A stretch of 63,975 bases of DNA, filler included, from Candidatus Sysuiplasma jiujiangense (GCA_019721075.1; 6 parts of 6 records of this genome joined end to end with filler, not necessarily neighbours in it), one strand, 5' to 3'. Positions 1 through 9,864 are shown, numbered from the whole stretch's first letter. Notes: generated from the letters alone by a model not told the origin. Made by a program: numbers and translations.

Positions 1-47
1 TTGATTACGGGCAGTTTCAGCGGTCCAGAAAAAAAGAATGGGTCGGG

Positions 48-386
48 GTGTCAGTATGCCCGTATTGCGGGGAAATGGACACATACAATTCGCCGAAACG
101 GACCACGAAAATGTGCAGCAAGCATAAGAAACCTTTTGATGTGTACCCTGGCGATGCAATTCACTGGCAGGAAATCACAGCGGAATGGGTTGAAGCTGAA
201 GCAGAGAGGATCAAAGCGGCAGAGACAGAGAAGCCTAAAGCTAAAAAAAGAATGCACCCCAACTCACTAAAAAATCTCGGGCTATCGCCGACCAGAATGG
301 AAAACTCCAAGGAAAGTGAAGGGACAGAAACCCGCATTTCAGCGACTGATAAGGAATTAAATGCAATAAATGAAAAAGGTGCGTAA
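48..386 (+). CDS. Hypothetical viral protein (N-terminal CPYC; basic RMHPNSLKNL motif)
   Basis: 112-aa ORF; HPNSLKNL-type motif is common in phage DNA-binding proteins. Confidence 0.5.
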   Translation: MSVCPYCGEMDTYNSPKRTTKMCSKHKKPFDVYPGDAIHWQEITAEWVEAEAERIKAAETEKPKAKKRMHPNSLKNLGLSPTRMENSKESEGTETRISATDKELNAINEKGA

Positions 387-641
387 TGGGGTATAATGAC
401 AAAAAGGTAAAAGATAACAAAATTGAACTTGAGATACACGACAGGATAAGCCTCAATCTGACAAAATTAAGGAAATCCTGAATTTCTTTATATACACATT
501 CAATTTATTTTTATTTATCGAACCGATTACAAACGATTTAAGGCACTTTAAATTTAGGTATGGTCTAATTACACTATGACTATACGCTAAGAATTGACAG
601 AACGGACAGAATGAAAAAATATAATGGGTTAAGACCAACCC

Positions 642-1289
642 TTAAGACGTGTTTTCATTCATGGCTTTCTTCTTTCCCAGAAACCATTTGTAATTATATT
701 TCATCAAAATACAGATATTAGAGTATGAAATGCCCTGTTTACGGTATTCATCTACTTGTTTCCAGTCTATTTCACGTTCGGGTTTGCCCAACCTTATGAT
801 CTTCTTTCCCGCATTTTTCCCATGCCGCACAATATGAAATCCCTGATGTTCGATTTCGGATTTGATCGCTTCAAGTGAATTTCTGGTCCTTGCGATCAGA
901 TCATCCCGGGAACGCTCATGACCCCAGGCAATGAAAGCAAGAAATATTTTTCTCATAGCAGGATCCGTCTGGTTAAGCATCTGCTCTTTTGGCGACACGG
1001 ATAAAACCATAACGCCGTATTTATTTTCAAGCATATTTATCAAGGCGAGAGTCTGGTAAAAATCCCTCGACAACCTTGAAGTTTCATAGACATACAGCTT
1101 TTCGGGGTGTTTTTCTTTGATATATTCCAGCATTTTTGTATATCCCTGGCGTTCCGAAATATCTGTTATGCCTGAGATCTGTTCGTCATAAAAGAATTTC
1201 AATTCGCGGCCTGCAAATTTTTCAAGAGCATATTCCTGATTTCGCACATCTTCACTCTTGTTGGAAATACGAATATAACCAATATCCAT
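642..1289 (-). CDS. Small serine recombinase (resolvase/invertase family) with C-terminal HTH
   Basis: MDIGYIRIS (catalytic Ser), FYDEQISG..RQG, VYETSRLSR motifs; start reassigned to ATG at 1289. Confidence 0.9.
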   Translation of the reverse strand: MDIGYIRISNKSEDVRNQEYALEKFAGRELKFFYDEQISGITDISERQGYTKMLEYIKEKHPEKLYVYETSRLSRDFYQTLALINMLENKYGVMVLSVSPKEQMLNQTDPAMRKIFLAFIAWGHERSRDDLIARTRNSLEAIKSEIEHQGFHIVRHGKNAGKKIIRLGKPEREIDWKQVDEYRKQGISYSNICILMKYNYKWFLGKKKAMNENTS

Positions 1290-1421
1290 CTTTATACTAA
1301 AAGATATAGTATTCAAGTCTATTAAATCCTGTGGTTTAAAATATGGTCGTTTTGTGGACATTAGAGGGGAGTCAAAACATTAATATACTTCTAATGTATC
1401 TATACTTTAGAGGTAAAAGAA

Positions 1422-1673
1422 ATGTACGCCTTTGAACTGGTAGTGAGAACGAAAAATGGAAGATATGAAGCAGGAGCAGCTAGTGAAATGCCCCTTAGAG
1501 AGGGATGGAAACAGGTTATAAGCTTTGGGAAATGGTACGGCATACAGACAAAGTACATACCCTATAATGATGCCTTGATGAGAGCTTATGAATATGCAAG
1601 GAGACACAACGAGGAAGCGGAACTTGCAGAAGAACAGCTAGCAGAAAAGAAATATAATGAGTCAGTGGAGTGA
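1422..1673 (+). CDS. Hypothetical viral protein
   Basis: 83-aa ORF with GAGGT SD; first of a three-gene run. Confidence 0.55.
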   Translation: MYAFELVVRTKNGRYEAGAASEMPLREGWKQVISFGKWYGIQTKYIPYNDALMRAYEYARRHNEEAELAEEQLAEKKYNESVE

Positions 1674-1677
1674 GGAA

Positions 1678-1905
1678 ATGAAATACAAAGACCTTAAGAA
1701 ATTCGATGGAAAAGAAGTTGAGCTGTACAGCGAGAAATCAGTTTTTGAAGATTATCCATACAGCGAAGGAACCTTCAAGGCCGGGAAAGAAACATCACAA
1801 ATATTTAAGCCCCTGTACACAGAACATGGAGCATCGGGGCATGAATATGCTGAATCGTACAACAACCGAGACATATTCAGAATAATCGTAAAAAGGATGG
1901 AATGA
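1678..1905 (+). CDS. Hypothetical viral protein
   Basis: ATG at 1678 after GGAG/GAGG SD, in frame with track ORF 1657..1905. Confidence 0.5.
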   Translation: MKYKDLKKFDGKEVELYSEKSVFEDYPYSEGTFKAGKETSQIFKPLYTEHGASGHEYAESYNNRDIFRIIVKRME

Positions 1906-1909
1906 GGAA

Positions 1910-2086
1910 ATGGAATCTACAATCCAACCCATCCAGGAAATCGCTCCTGGAATATTTCTTCATGTCTGTCTGAGGTGCGATTATAAATGGGACTCGCACA
2001 AGGAGAGACCTGAAGTCTGCCCTAAGTGCAAAAATAAATACTGGGATATTCCAAGAGGCGTTTTGAAAAAGGGGCCTCACAGATAA
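1910..2086 (+). CDS. Zinc-ribbon microprotein (58 aa, below the ORF track cutoff)
   Basis: Translated by hand: MESTIQ...CLRCDYKW...PEVCPKCKNKYWD; CxxC-x13-CxxC typical of archaeal virus zinc fingers. Confidence 0.7.
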   Translation: MESTIQPIQEIAPGIFLHVCLRCDYKWDSHKERPEVCPKCKNKYWDIPRGVLKKGPHR

Positions 2087-2087
2087 T

Positions 2088-4159
2088 TTAATCCTTGCGG
2101 GGTGCGGGGTTCTCGTTCATGACCCAAAAGAAGTCCAAACTAAGATGATTCTTAGTGCAGGGAACGATCTCAAGACTGGCACCTATTGCTCTTGATACCC
2201 TGATATATTTTTTGTATTCCACTTCCGTTAGATCGGTGAGGGCACTACGCATTTTAGATCCGAGTATCCTAATGGTGAAAATGCCATTTTCTTCCCATAT
2301 TTTTGTGAAATTTAAACTAAAATTCTCCCAGTCTCCCCATTCGGATATCGCCTTTAGAAAATTGCTAACCAAAGTCCTCCATACTAATTTGGCATTCTTC
2401 ACACTCTTCTATGTGATTATGCCTTTTCTTCGCTGAGTAAAAGACCAATCCACATCTTGTAACATAGTTCATTTTACTCAGTCCTCCGTGAATATTGCCT
2501 GATCTTTTTTACTATCTGAATCAAGAAGGGCTTTTCTCAATTCTTTCAGGATGATTTCCCATTTATGCCTCTGTGCAAGATGATCCTTGAGTTCATGCAG
2601 GGCATCAGAGTAATCCATTTCACTGTCTGCCTCGCCTGCAGTGAAATGGCAGATATCACATTCAACCTCCTTCCCCTCGTCTTCAAAGGCACTGTCTGAT
2701 ATGGTTCCGTAGTCCGTTGCATCGAGGTAATCAAAAAGCTTTACCTCGCTGTCAGATAGGGCTTCTTTAAGATACTGTATAATTTCCGTTTCCATAACTG
2801 CTGTTTTCATTTACTCAGTCCTCCTGTTCAATTTCGGTCTTGGCTCCGCAGTTGGGGCAGTAATTAAGATAAAGCAACAGGAACCAACCGCCAAGACTTG
2901 TAATCCTTAAAACTGGCCTGCCTATTTTTCCTGATGCATCATAAGGGTCTATTTTCATGATCGGGGCGATCATTGCGTTTCTGACCCAATCACAACAAGG
3001 CTCTATCGTTCCGTCTTTGAGGAGTTTCATTTCGGACTACCTCTTTGTTCTGATTCATTTTCCATGACCTTGAGCTTAATTACGGTCTCTGGCGTTCCGT
3101 CATCGTCATATTCTACTCCTTGGATAACCTGAATTATGGAACTATCAGGAAAAACCAAAATGTTATTTCCAGAAGCATCTACTCCATCTTTGCATTTGTC
3201 GAAGTGGGCATCCAACATCTTTTTAAGACGTATATACATCGCCCTGTCTTTCGTTACCTGCGCAAGACTGAATAATTTCAATGCGAAGGATGCGTCGCTT
3301 TCGCCTGGTTGCCTTCCAATTTCTTTTTCCTTGTTATCCATTTTATTCACTCACTCCTTGGGAGTTTTGCTGTCAGAAGATCGTAGAAATACAACACGTT
3401 GGAAGCTGCGATATTCTTGTGTCCCTGGCATACAACGACATGGACACCCGCGACATGGACATAATCAACCACTTTCAGATCGCACCCTGGCACTTCGCAT
3501 GACTGCCTGAGACCGGATAGTACCCTTATCCAGTTCCAGAACCTTCGTGTCATTTCATTACTTCCTTTGCTGGCAATACTTCAAGCAGGTGCTTCAGAAT
3601 ACTGTCATTTTCATGCTGGCGGGTCTGGCGTATTGAGTAGGGTTTGGTCATGCCAATCCCTCCGCAACTTCGCAGATCTCAGGGTGATTGGTCCTGATGT
3701 ACCATGTGAGGCGGTTATTTGCGATTAATTCGCCCGTCTTGCACAGGATGTAGGACTGCTGTTTTATGTCGTATTTGACAATGCCTTGCTGGCGTGCAAG
3801 TGCAACAATGAGCCTGGGTAAGCCGGAGCGTCTCATAGCTTCACCGGCTCCTTCGTTATTTCCCCGTGGATGCCTTCAAGCATAGTTTCCATGCGGTCAA
3901 GTCTCACTGCAATGATATCAAGTTCCTTCTGCATATTTTCGAGCCTCTTTTCAATAGAGAGAGGCTTAAAATTGCTCTCCCTTACTCTTTTATTATGGGC
4001 TTCAAGAGGGTTAAGATTTATTGGTTCAGGGTTGGAATCTCCTTTCAGCTCAGGAGCATGCTTTCGATCCAAAAGGCGATTTTCATGGAACAGATATCTG
4101 TGTCCATTAGACCACTCCGTGATAACATGATTGCCACAGATTGAGCAGTAAAGGGGCAT
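2088..4159 (-). other. Leftward run of small hypothetical viral genes (2088-2402, 2478-2810, 2815-3030, 3027-3350, 3347-3553, 3648-3836, 3833-~4159), several with CxxC zinc motifs
   Basis: Abutting or overlapping ORFs (ATGA overlaps); motifs CDIC..H..H, CPNCG, CEVPGC, CSICG. Confidence 0.65.
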
Positions 4160-4995
4160 TATTGGACACTTTTCCCGTCGTAGACACATATTGCAGGCTT
4201 GCCCTTGACCGGATGATACAGTTTCCATTTGCCATTAAGTTTAACGGGAATAAAGCCTCTTTTCCATAGATCTACTGCTGGCTGGAATGGGTATTTTCCA
4301 TCCTCATGATCTATGTATTTCCATTTTTTGACCTCTGGGAAAAGCGAGCCACAATAAGCCCCGACTGAAGCCCAGACTGAATCCCAGACTGAATCCCTGA
4401 CTGAAGCCCTGACTGAAGCCCAGACTGAATCCCTGACTGAAGCCCCGACTGAATCCCTGACTGAAGCCCCGACTGAAGCCCAGACTGAATCCCAGACTGA
4501 ATCCCTGACTGAAGCCCAGACTGAATCCCAGACTGAATCCCTGACTGAAGCCCCGACTGAAGCCCCGACTGAAGCCCAGACTGAATCCCCGATTGAATCC
4601 CTGACTGAAGCCCAAGCTTTCAGACTAGACACATCCTCATCGGTAACCTTGCTTTCAATAGTCGAAGGATCGACCGGATGCAGAGTTTCGTGGTACTTGA
4701 ACCCGAAAATTCCATCCTTTGCCTGATCGGGTATCTCTCTGATCACTTTGAGGCTGAAAAACCCTGATTTGTTGTGATCGTTGACAACGGGATCGCCCTC
4801 CACGATATACAGATTGCAATCCAGGGTTCCGGCGTATCCGAGTGCATCCAACGCCTTCTCCGAGGCATGCAGGACGTCAGACGTGCAGAGTTTTGGGTCA
4901 GCACATCTTTTTTTCCTGATGGTTTTGCCCACTGCATACTTGGTCTCCCCATGAAATGACATGCCGCTCCTTTTCGTGGTTTTGTAATATGTCAT
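4159..4995 (-). CDS. Viral protein with 21 SV[W/R/G][D/A] tetrapeptide repeats
   Basis: Likely start MTYYK at 4995; N-terminal YK...Y.VG...C...LHAS domain followed by a repeat tract of the kind seen in many phage proteins. Confidence 0.75.
   Translation of the reverse strand: MTYYKTTKRSGMSFHGETKYAVGKTIRKKRCADPKLCTSDVLHASEKALDALGYAGTLDCNLYIVEGDPVVNDHNKSGFFSLKVIREIPDQAKDGIFGFKYHETLHPVDPSTIESKVTDEDVSSLKAWASVRDSIGDSVWASVGASVGASVRDSVWDSVWASVRDSVWDSVWASVGASVRDSVGASVRDSVWASVRASVRDSVWDSVWASVGAYCGSLFPEVKKWKYIDHEDGKYPFQPAVDLWKRGFIPVKLNGKWKLYHPVKGKPAICVYDGKSVQ
4357..4614 (-). repeat. 12-bp coding tandem repeat TCAGTC[T/A/G]GGG[A/C]T, about 21.5 units
   Basis: Read directly on the + strand as GACTGAA(G/T)CCC(C/A/T) units. 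Confidence 0.97.
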
Positions 4996-4996
4996 T

Positions 4997-5341
4997 TCAG
5001 CGACCCACCTTGACAAATTTGTATGATCCTTTACCGCCATACTTGTACCCATGTGATTTAAGCATATCTGCACATGCTTTGTAATCGTCTCCCTGCAAAC
5101 CACCTTTAGGCATTAACAAATCTGAACCCTGTATTGTGAGGCCATAAAGTTTAGCGATCTCAGTCAATGGCAATACATTGTTTGTTTCAGCTTTTTTGCC
5201 CTGGTTTTCCTGATCCATGTAGTATTTGGGGCGGGCCATTAACTGCAAAGCAACGCCCCGGTAATCCTGTTCGATTCCAGAGTCGCTTATCTTGCTGGCA
5301 ATTCCTTTGAGGTATTCCAGATATTCGCTCTGCGATATCAT
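4997..5341 (-). CDS. Hypothetical viral protein, first gene of the leftward operon
   Basis: 114-aa ORF preceded by a strong GGAGGTGA SD on the minus strand. Confidence 0.7.
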   Translation of the reverse strand: MISQSEYLEYLKGIASKISDSGIEQDYRGVALQLMARPKYYMDQENQGKKAETNNVLPLTEIAKLYGLTIQGSDLLMPKGGLQGDDYKACADMLKSHGYKYGGKGSYKFVKVGR

Positions 5342-5473
5342 GGATTCACCTCCAATACGTAGGTTTGCGAGACCATAAGATAGTAAATGCTGGTCGAATA
5401 TAAAGTTTGTGTTTATTGCACAACTTGCACAGAAGATGCAAAAATATATATGCTTGTAACAGTTATGTTTTTA
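5342..5473. promoter_or_regulatory. Divergent promoter region of the virus
   Basis: AT-rich gap between oppositely oriented operons; TATA-like ATATAAAG and AATATATA; tandem TTGCACA repeats. Confidence 0.55.
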
Positions 5474-5695
5474 ATGACTAAGCGCCTCAATATTCCCATA
5501 GAGGATTCATTGTTTGAGCGCCTTGAGAGGCTTCCCGGTCCTATGACCGCGAAGGTGCGGGATGCTCTTGAGGAGTGGATCCCCGGTGAGGAAAAACGAC
5601 TTTTGGAAGAACTAAAAAAAGGACCGGCCATAAAGAATGAAAATAACAGGTCTCGCAAACCGTCAAGTGTCACTCAGTATGGGGGCCCTACATGA
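5474..5695 (+). CDS. Ribbon-helix-helix (CopG-like) regulator
   Basis: MTKRLNIPIEDSLFERLE...TAKVRDALEEW fits the RHH beta-alpha-alpha pattern. Confidence 0.75.
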   Translation: MTKRLNIPIEDSLFERLERLPGPMTAKVRDALEEWIPGEEKRLLEELKKGPAIKNENNRSRKPSSVTQYGGPT

Positions 5696-6297
5696 ATATC
5701 CCCGAGAGATATATAAAACCACAAGAAAAAGTTTTATATACCGCTAAAATAGAATTCGGAAAATCATGTAGTTTCCCGAACGACATTAGCCGAATGCCGT
5801 ATAACTGTTGTTATGTGGGGAACCCATATTTTAGCGGTTTTCCCAGCAAATACGATACCACCTGCGAATGTTGTACAGCACAGCATTTTGTCGCTCGAAA
5901 GAATACAAATCCGAATAATGTTCGATTTTTTATAAAATACGACAGTGAAAATAATTCGATTGCCACGGATAGAATGATTGAAAATTTCGCTGAAGTTGTC
6001 CGACCTGACCATGCTCGCATGGTCAGACATGGTCAGGTGCATGGTCGTTTTTCTTCCCCTCTCCCTAGTGAAAATGAAATTGACCATGTGACCATGCTCA
6101 TTTTGGATACATATATACATGAAGGTGAAATTTCTCTTTCTTCTAGTATACGTACACATGTGCATGGTCAGCATGGTCATGTCAATATATGGTCTATTAT
6201 AGCACTAAAAAGTGACCATGAGGGTGACCATGATCTGACCATGCCTGACCATGTTTTTCCGAAATTCGTAGAGGTGAACCAGAATGTTGCCCTATGA
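5692..6297 (+). CDS. Hypothetical Cys-rich protein; 3' half overlaps the repeat-rich origin candidate
   Basis: ATGA overlap with the RHH gene; the His-rich C-terminus largely reflects the GACCATG repeats. Confidence 0.4.
   Translation: MNIPERYIKPQEKVLYTAKIEFGKSCSFPNDISRMPYNCCYVGNPYFSGFPSKYDTTCECCTAQHFVARKNTNPNNVRFFIKYDSENNSIATDRMIENFAEVVRPDHARMVRHGQVHGRFSSPLPSENEIDHVTMLILDTYIHEGEISLSSSIRTHVHGQHGHVNIWSIIALKSDHEGDHDLTMPDHVFPKFVEVNQNVAL
6003..6253. repeat. Iteron-like array TGACCATG/CATGGTCA, putative replication origin
   Basis: TGACCATG at 6006, 6081, 6089, 6213, 6225, 6236, 6246; CATGGTCA at 6018, 6028, 6163, 6172; lies just upstream of the helicase gene. Confidence 0.75.
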
Positions 6298-8023
6298 ACA
6301 TATAGGATTTCATTTCAACTGCGAGGACAAGTATGGAATGAAAGGACTCTTCAGGGGTGTAGAGAGGATGGATAGGGAAACGGAGGAGAAACGGGTGGAA
6401 TGTGTACTGGTCGTTCCTTTCCTCGATCCGCTCTTCTATTTCCATGCAAAGGAAGAGGGCAAGGCGCCGCATATGGCCTTTGCTTTCAATGGCGAAAAAT
6501 TCAGGATTCCGGTTGGCAGGTTGCCTCTTATCCTCAAAGAAGCTGGGTACCCTCTTGCGCCAAGCCAGATTTCGGAGTTGACATCCAGTATGACTATGCA
6601 CATGGACGCACTGGCGAAGCTCAGCGATAACATGAGGACACAGATATGTGATTCTCATTCAATCAGGCGCGAAAGCCTTGAGGTTCCGACTCTGTACGAT
6701 TATCTGGGCTACGACGTCAATGGAAAGGTCAAGGTGATCAGGCATTCACAGACAGTACAATTCAAGGATGAGGGCCTGGAGATAAATGATAATGTCGATG
6801 AGGTCAGGAAGGCGCTTCTTGAACTGATAGAAGTCTCGTCAGACCCCAAATCGCTTCTCATTACACTCGCATATGCTGTTGTTGCGCCGCTCGCCGGTGC
6901 GATAAAGAAACGCGGGAAGTTCTTCCCCAATCTGGCCCTTGTCGGCTCTCCAGAAGCCGGAAAATCTTCACTGATAAATCTTTTCTGTGCAAGAGGATGG
7001 GGAACCGACGAAAACATACGGACATCCCAGGACTTCGTCACGCAGTTTGCATCCCTGAAGAACCTTGAAGGCAACGGCCTGCCACTGATAATCAATGACC
7101 TCAAGCAGGAGGCATTCGACAGGATGCGTGACCTGATACTTTCGAGTGTGGACGGCGTGAGAGGAGGTTCAAGAGGGACGCAAAAGCTCGAACTTGCGAG
7201 AATGGAAATATCCCGTTCGTTTGTCATAAGCACAAACTGGCTCCAGCTTGGAACTCAGGAGATCGCAGACCGTTTCATTACGCAGGAAGTCCACGGAAAG
7301 AGAGGCAATGAAGCAAGGTGGAACTATCTTGCTGACAGGTTGAAAGGAATAACCTACCATATTGCGTGCGACTTTTTCAGCGATGAGAGTCAGGAGGCGT
7401 TCGACGAGATCATGGAGTCATTCATGGGGTCAAGAGACGAAGTCAAGCGCAATATCATTTCACTTGGCATGAGTGCAGTGAAAATTTTCCTGTCTCCGTT
7501 ATATGAATTGCCTCATAGTGTCGTGGAACTTGAACTTGAAGAATACCGCCAGGAAGATTATTTTTCCATGCTCCTCAGCTGGGCTGAGATGGAATATGAC
7601 GCCATGGAGAAAAAGTACGGAAAATATGAGTCGAGCCCAGGCGAAAGAGGCGTGTTTGTTTACAGGGAGCAAAACTATGTCAAGAAAAGTTTCAAGGGAG
7701 ATGGAACGCCTGAATATGTCATATTCCCACTGGCATTTCAAAAATTCCTGAGGGATATGGGCCCTACGTTCCCCTTCAAGTCGCTGTCAGCCTTCTCAGA
7801 CCGTTATCCAGAAAGGGCAAAGGTAGATTCCCGCAAATACCGAAATGATTCCGGTACGAGGGACAGTTTCAGGGTGCTCATAATATCGGGCATAGACATT
7901 TCAGAGCCCGACGAACCGGAAAATGAACATGAATTTAGGGACATGCAGATAGAGATAGAAAAACTACTGGAACCGGCCAATGCAGATGAGGCAAAGAAAA
8001 ATATCGAGGCGATGTGGAAATGA
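6284..8023 (+). CDS. AAA+ ATPase, probable replicative helicase (DUF927/Cch-like)
   Basis: Walker A GSPEAGKS, Walker B LIINDL, sensor ISTN, arginine finger ADRF; GAGGTGA SD. Confidence 0.75.
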   Translation: MLPYEHIGFHFNCEDKYGMKGLFRGVERMDRETEEKRVECVLVVPFLDPLFYFHAKEEGKAPHMAFAFNGEKFRIPVGRLPLILKEAGYPLAPSQISELTSSMTMHMDALAKLSDNMRTQICDSHSIRRESLEVPTLYDYLGYDVNGKVKVIRHSQTVQFKDEGLEINDNVDEVRKALLELIEVSSDPKSLLITLAYAVVAPLAGAIKKRGKFFPNLALVGSPEAGKSSLINLFCARGWGTDENIRTSQDFVTQFASLKNLEGNGLPLIINDLKQEAFDRMRDLILSSVDGVRGGSRGTQKLELARMEISRSFVISTNWLQLGTQEIADRFITQEVHGKRGNEARWNYLADRLKGITYHIACDFFSDESQEAFDEIMESFMGSRDEVKRNIISLGMSAVKIFLSPLYELPHSVVELELEEYRQEDYFSMLLSWAEMEYDAMEKKYGKYESSPGERGVFVYREQNYVKKSFKGDGTPEYVIFPLAFQKFLRDMGPTFPFKSLSAFSDRYPERAKVDSRKYRNDSGTRDSFRVLIISGIDISEPDEPENEHEFRDMQIEIEKLLEPANADEAKKNIEAMWK

Positions 8024-8250
8024 AATTCACCGTAAATCTCAGTTCTGAAGTTTTTGAAATGCTGGAAGAAGACTACAGGCACATGGTTGACGACGGGAGA
8101 AAGAGATGTGATCATTTCATACCGATGTCCTTCGAGGAATTTGTTTCGAGGGTGATCGATGAAGAGTTCTTCCGGATTATCGACGCCAGGGAGGACGCGC
8201 GGTTGTTGATTGAACGCAAAGGAGACAAGCTGGAGGTTGATTTTGATTGA
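8014..8250 (+). CDS. Small acidic protein, possibly RHH-like
   Basis: MKFTVNLSSEVFEMLE...SFEEFVSRVI. Confidence 0.5.
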   Translation: MEMKFTVNLSSEVFEMLEEDYRHMVDDGRKRCDHFIPMSFEEFVSRVIDEEFFRIIDAREDARLLIERKGDKLEVDFD

Positions 8251-8747
8251 TATCTGAAGAAGAGCCTCAATACGAAAGTTGGGCTGAAAGACGTTTCGCG
8301 CCTTATGTCGAACAGATAGCGAAAGAAATGAAGCTTGATTTCGAATACCAGCACTCGGTAAAAGAGACATCCTATTCCACATGGGTAGAATGGTGTAATG
8401 ATGGCGAGGATGACAGCGAATACAACGATGATGACACGCCTCGCAAGTGGAGATTAGTAGATGGACGGTGGGAACATGGACGCTATATTCAATGTGAGGA
8501 ACCGCATACTTACGAGAAATACCGTCTGGATTTTGTGCTTAAGGGCAATGGTGTCAAGGTTGATTTGGAGGTTGACGGTAAGCGCTGGCACGACAATGAG
8601 AAGGATCGAATACGTGATCGTTACATGGAGAGCGCAGGATATCACATTATACGGGTGGCAGCAAAAGATGTCAATAAGGATCCTCTTTCATTGGCCATCA
8701 GGATCAAAAATGAGATTAGGATGCTTCGATGGGAGGCCGTCCAATGA
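8247..8747 (+). CDS. DUF559/Vsr-like PD-(D/E)XK endonuclease
   Basis: YRLDF...LEVDGKRWH...DRIRDRYMESAGYHIIRV. Confidence 0.85.
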   Translation: MISEEEPQYESWAERRFAPYVEQIAKEMKLDFEYQHSVKETSYSTWVEWCNDGEDDSEYNDDDTPRKWRLVDGRWEHGRYIQCEEPHTYEKYRLDFVLKGNGVKVDLEVDGKRWHDNEKDRIRDRYMESAGYHIIRVAAKDVNKDPLSLAIRIKNEIRMLRWEAVQ

Positions 8748-9232
8748 ACAACAGAATGCTCGACCTCTTTGCAGGCTCTAAATCCGTATCAAGAATATTC
8801 AAGGAAGCGGGATATGATGTAACATCTGTGGATATTCTGTGGGGTCAGGATGTAATGACATGGGAGCCAGACGGATACTATAATTTCGTATGGGCATCTC
8901 CACCCTGTGATACCTATACAGATGTACCATGGCACAATGTGCCGGTTGACCTTTCACTCTGGAAGAGAACCCTGGAAGTCATAGAGAAAATCAAACCGGA
9001 GTATTATGTCATTGAGAACGTAAGGGGAGCTCAGAGATACTGGGGCAAAGCTGTTAAACACGTTGGTTCAAGATATCTCTGGGGAGATTTTCCATTGTTT
9101 GACGTGAAAGACGGAAAAGACCTATACGGAAAATGGAGACTTCCGCCATCGCCTGATAGAAAGATGCTAAGGTCGATGATTCCGGAAAGGCTCACAAGGA
9201 GCCTTGTTAAAGCACTGGAGGCCGTCCAATGA
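8744..9232 (+). CDS. Short C5-cytosine DNA methyltransferase
   Basis: Motif I LDLFAG, motif IV SPPC, motif VI IENV; no obvious target-recognition domain. Confidence 0.8.
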   Translation: MNNRMLDLFAGSKSVSRIFKEAGYDVTSVDILWGQDVMTWEPDGYYNFVWASPPCDTYTDVPWHNVPVDLSLWKRTLEVIEKIKPEYYVIENVRGAQRYWGKAVKHVGSRYLWGDFPLFDVKDGKDLYGKWRLPPSPDRKMLRSMIPERLTRSLVKALEAVQ

Positions 9233-9401
9233 ACATAACCCTTCTCGAGCTCAGGCTATTCGTTGTATGCGATAGATGCGGAACCCTTGAAATCCTATCC
9301 ACAATCGAAGAAGACAGGGAACTTGCAGTCGAAATTAAGTGGAGCCACATGAAGAACTATCCAACCCACAGGGTAGAGGCAATCACGAGTGAGGTGGAAA
9401 T

Positions 9402-9863
9402 ATGACCCTCCCACGCATTAAACAGCAGACTCTTCATGGCGACTTCTCAGATGTTTATCACCATTCTCACGTTGACTCACGATACTGGTTAATCCCTCCT
9501 GAGATTTACGAGCCATTAGATCAAGAGTTTAAGTTCACATTCGACCCTTGTCCGTTTCCGTTTCAGAAGGACGGCATAGAAATTGATTGGGGAGATGTAA
9601 ACTGGGTAAATCCTCCTTTTAGAAAGAAGGATTCGATCAACGGGCATGGCCCAACGGCATTCGTTAGAAAGGCCATTGAAGAACAGAAAAAAGGCAAAAC
9701 CTCTGTAATGATAATGCCAGTTCAGTCTTATGTTAACATGTTATTGGAGGCAGGTGTGGAAATTCGCCCTGTTGGCCGTGTTAGATGGGTTGATGCCAAT
9801 ACAGGCAGGACCGACCCCTCACCTTCAACTAATGCCCTGTTCGTTCTACGAGGGAGGAAATAA
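9402..9863 (+). CDS. Phage-type N6-adenine DNA methyltransferase
   Basis: W.TP-like WLIPPEIY, FDPCP, and catalytic VNPPF motif. Confidence 0.85.
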   Translation: MTLPRIKQQTLHGDFSDVYHHSHVDSRYWLIPPEIYEPLDQEFKFTFDPCPFPFQKDGIEIDWGDVNWVNPPFRKKDSINGHGPTAFVRKAIEEQKKGKTSVMIMPVQSYVNMLLEAGVEIRPVGRVRWVDANTGRTDPSPSTNALFVLRGRK

Positions 9864-9864
9864 T

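Noticed and set aside
4304..4615. Alternate-frame GFS-repeat ORF
   Set aside because: Shadow of the stop-free 12-bp repeat
4159..4995. Possible diversity-generating retroelement target
   Set aside because: No reverse transcriptase and no separate template/variable repeat pair; the variation lies within a tandem repeat
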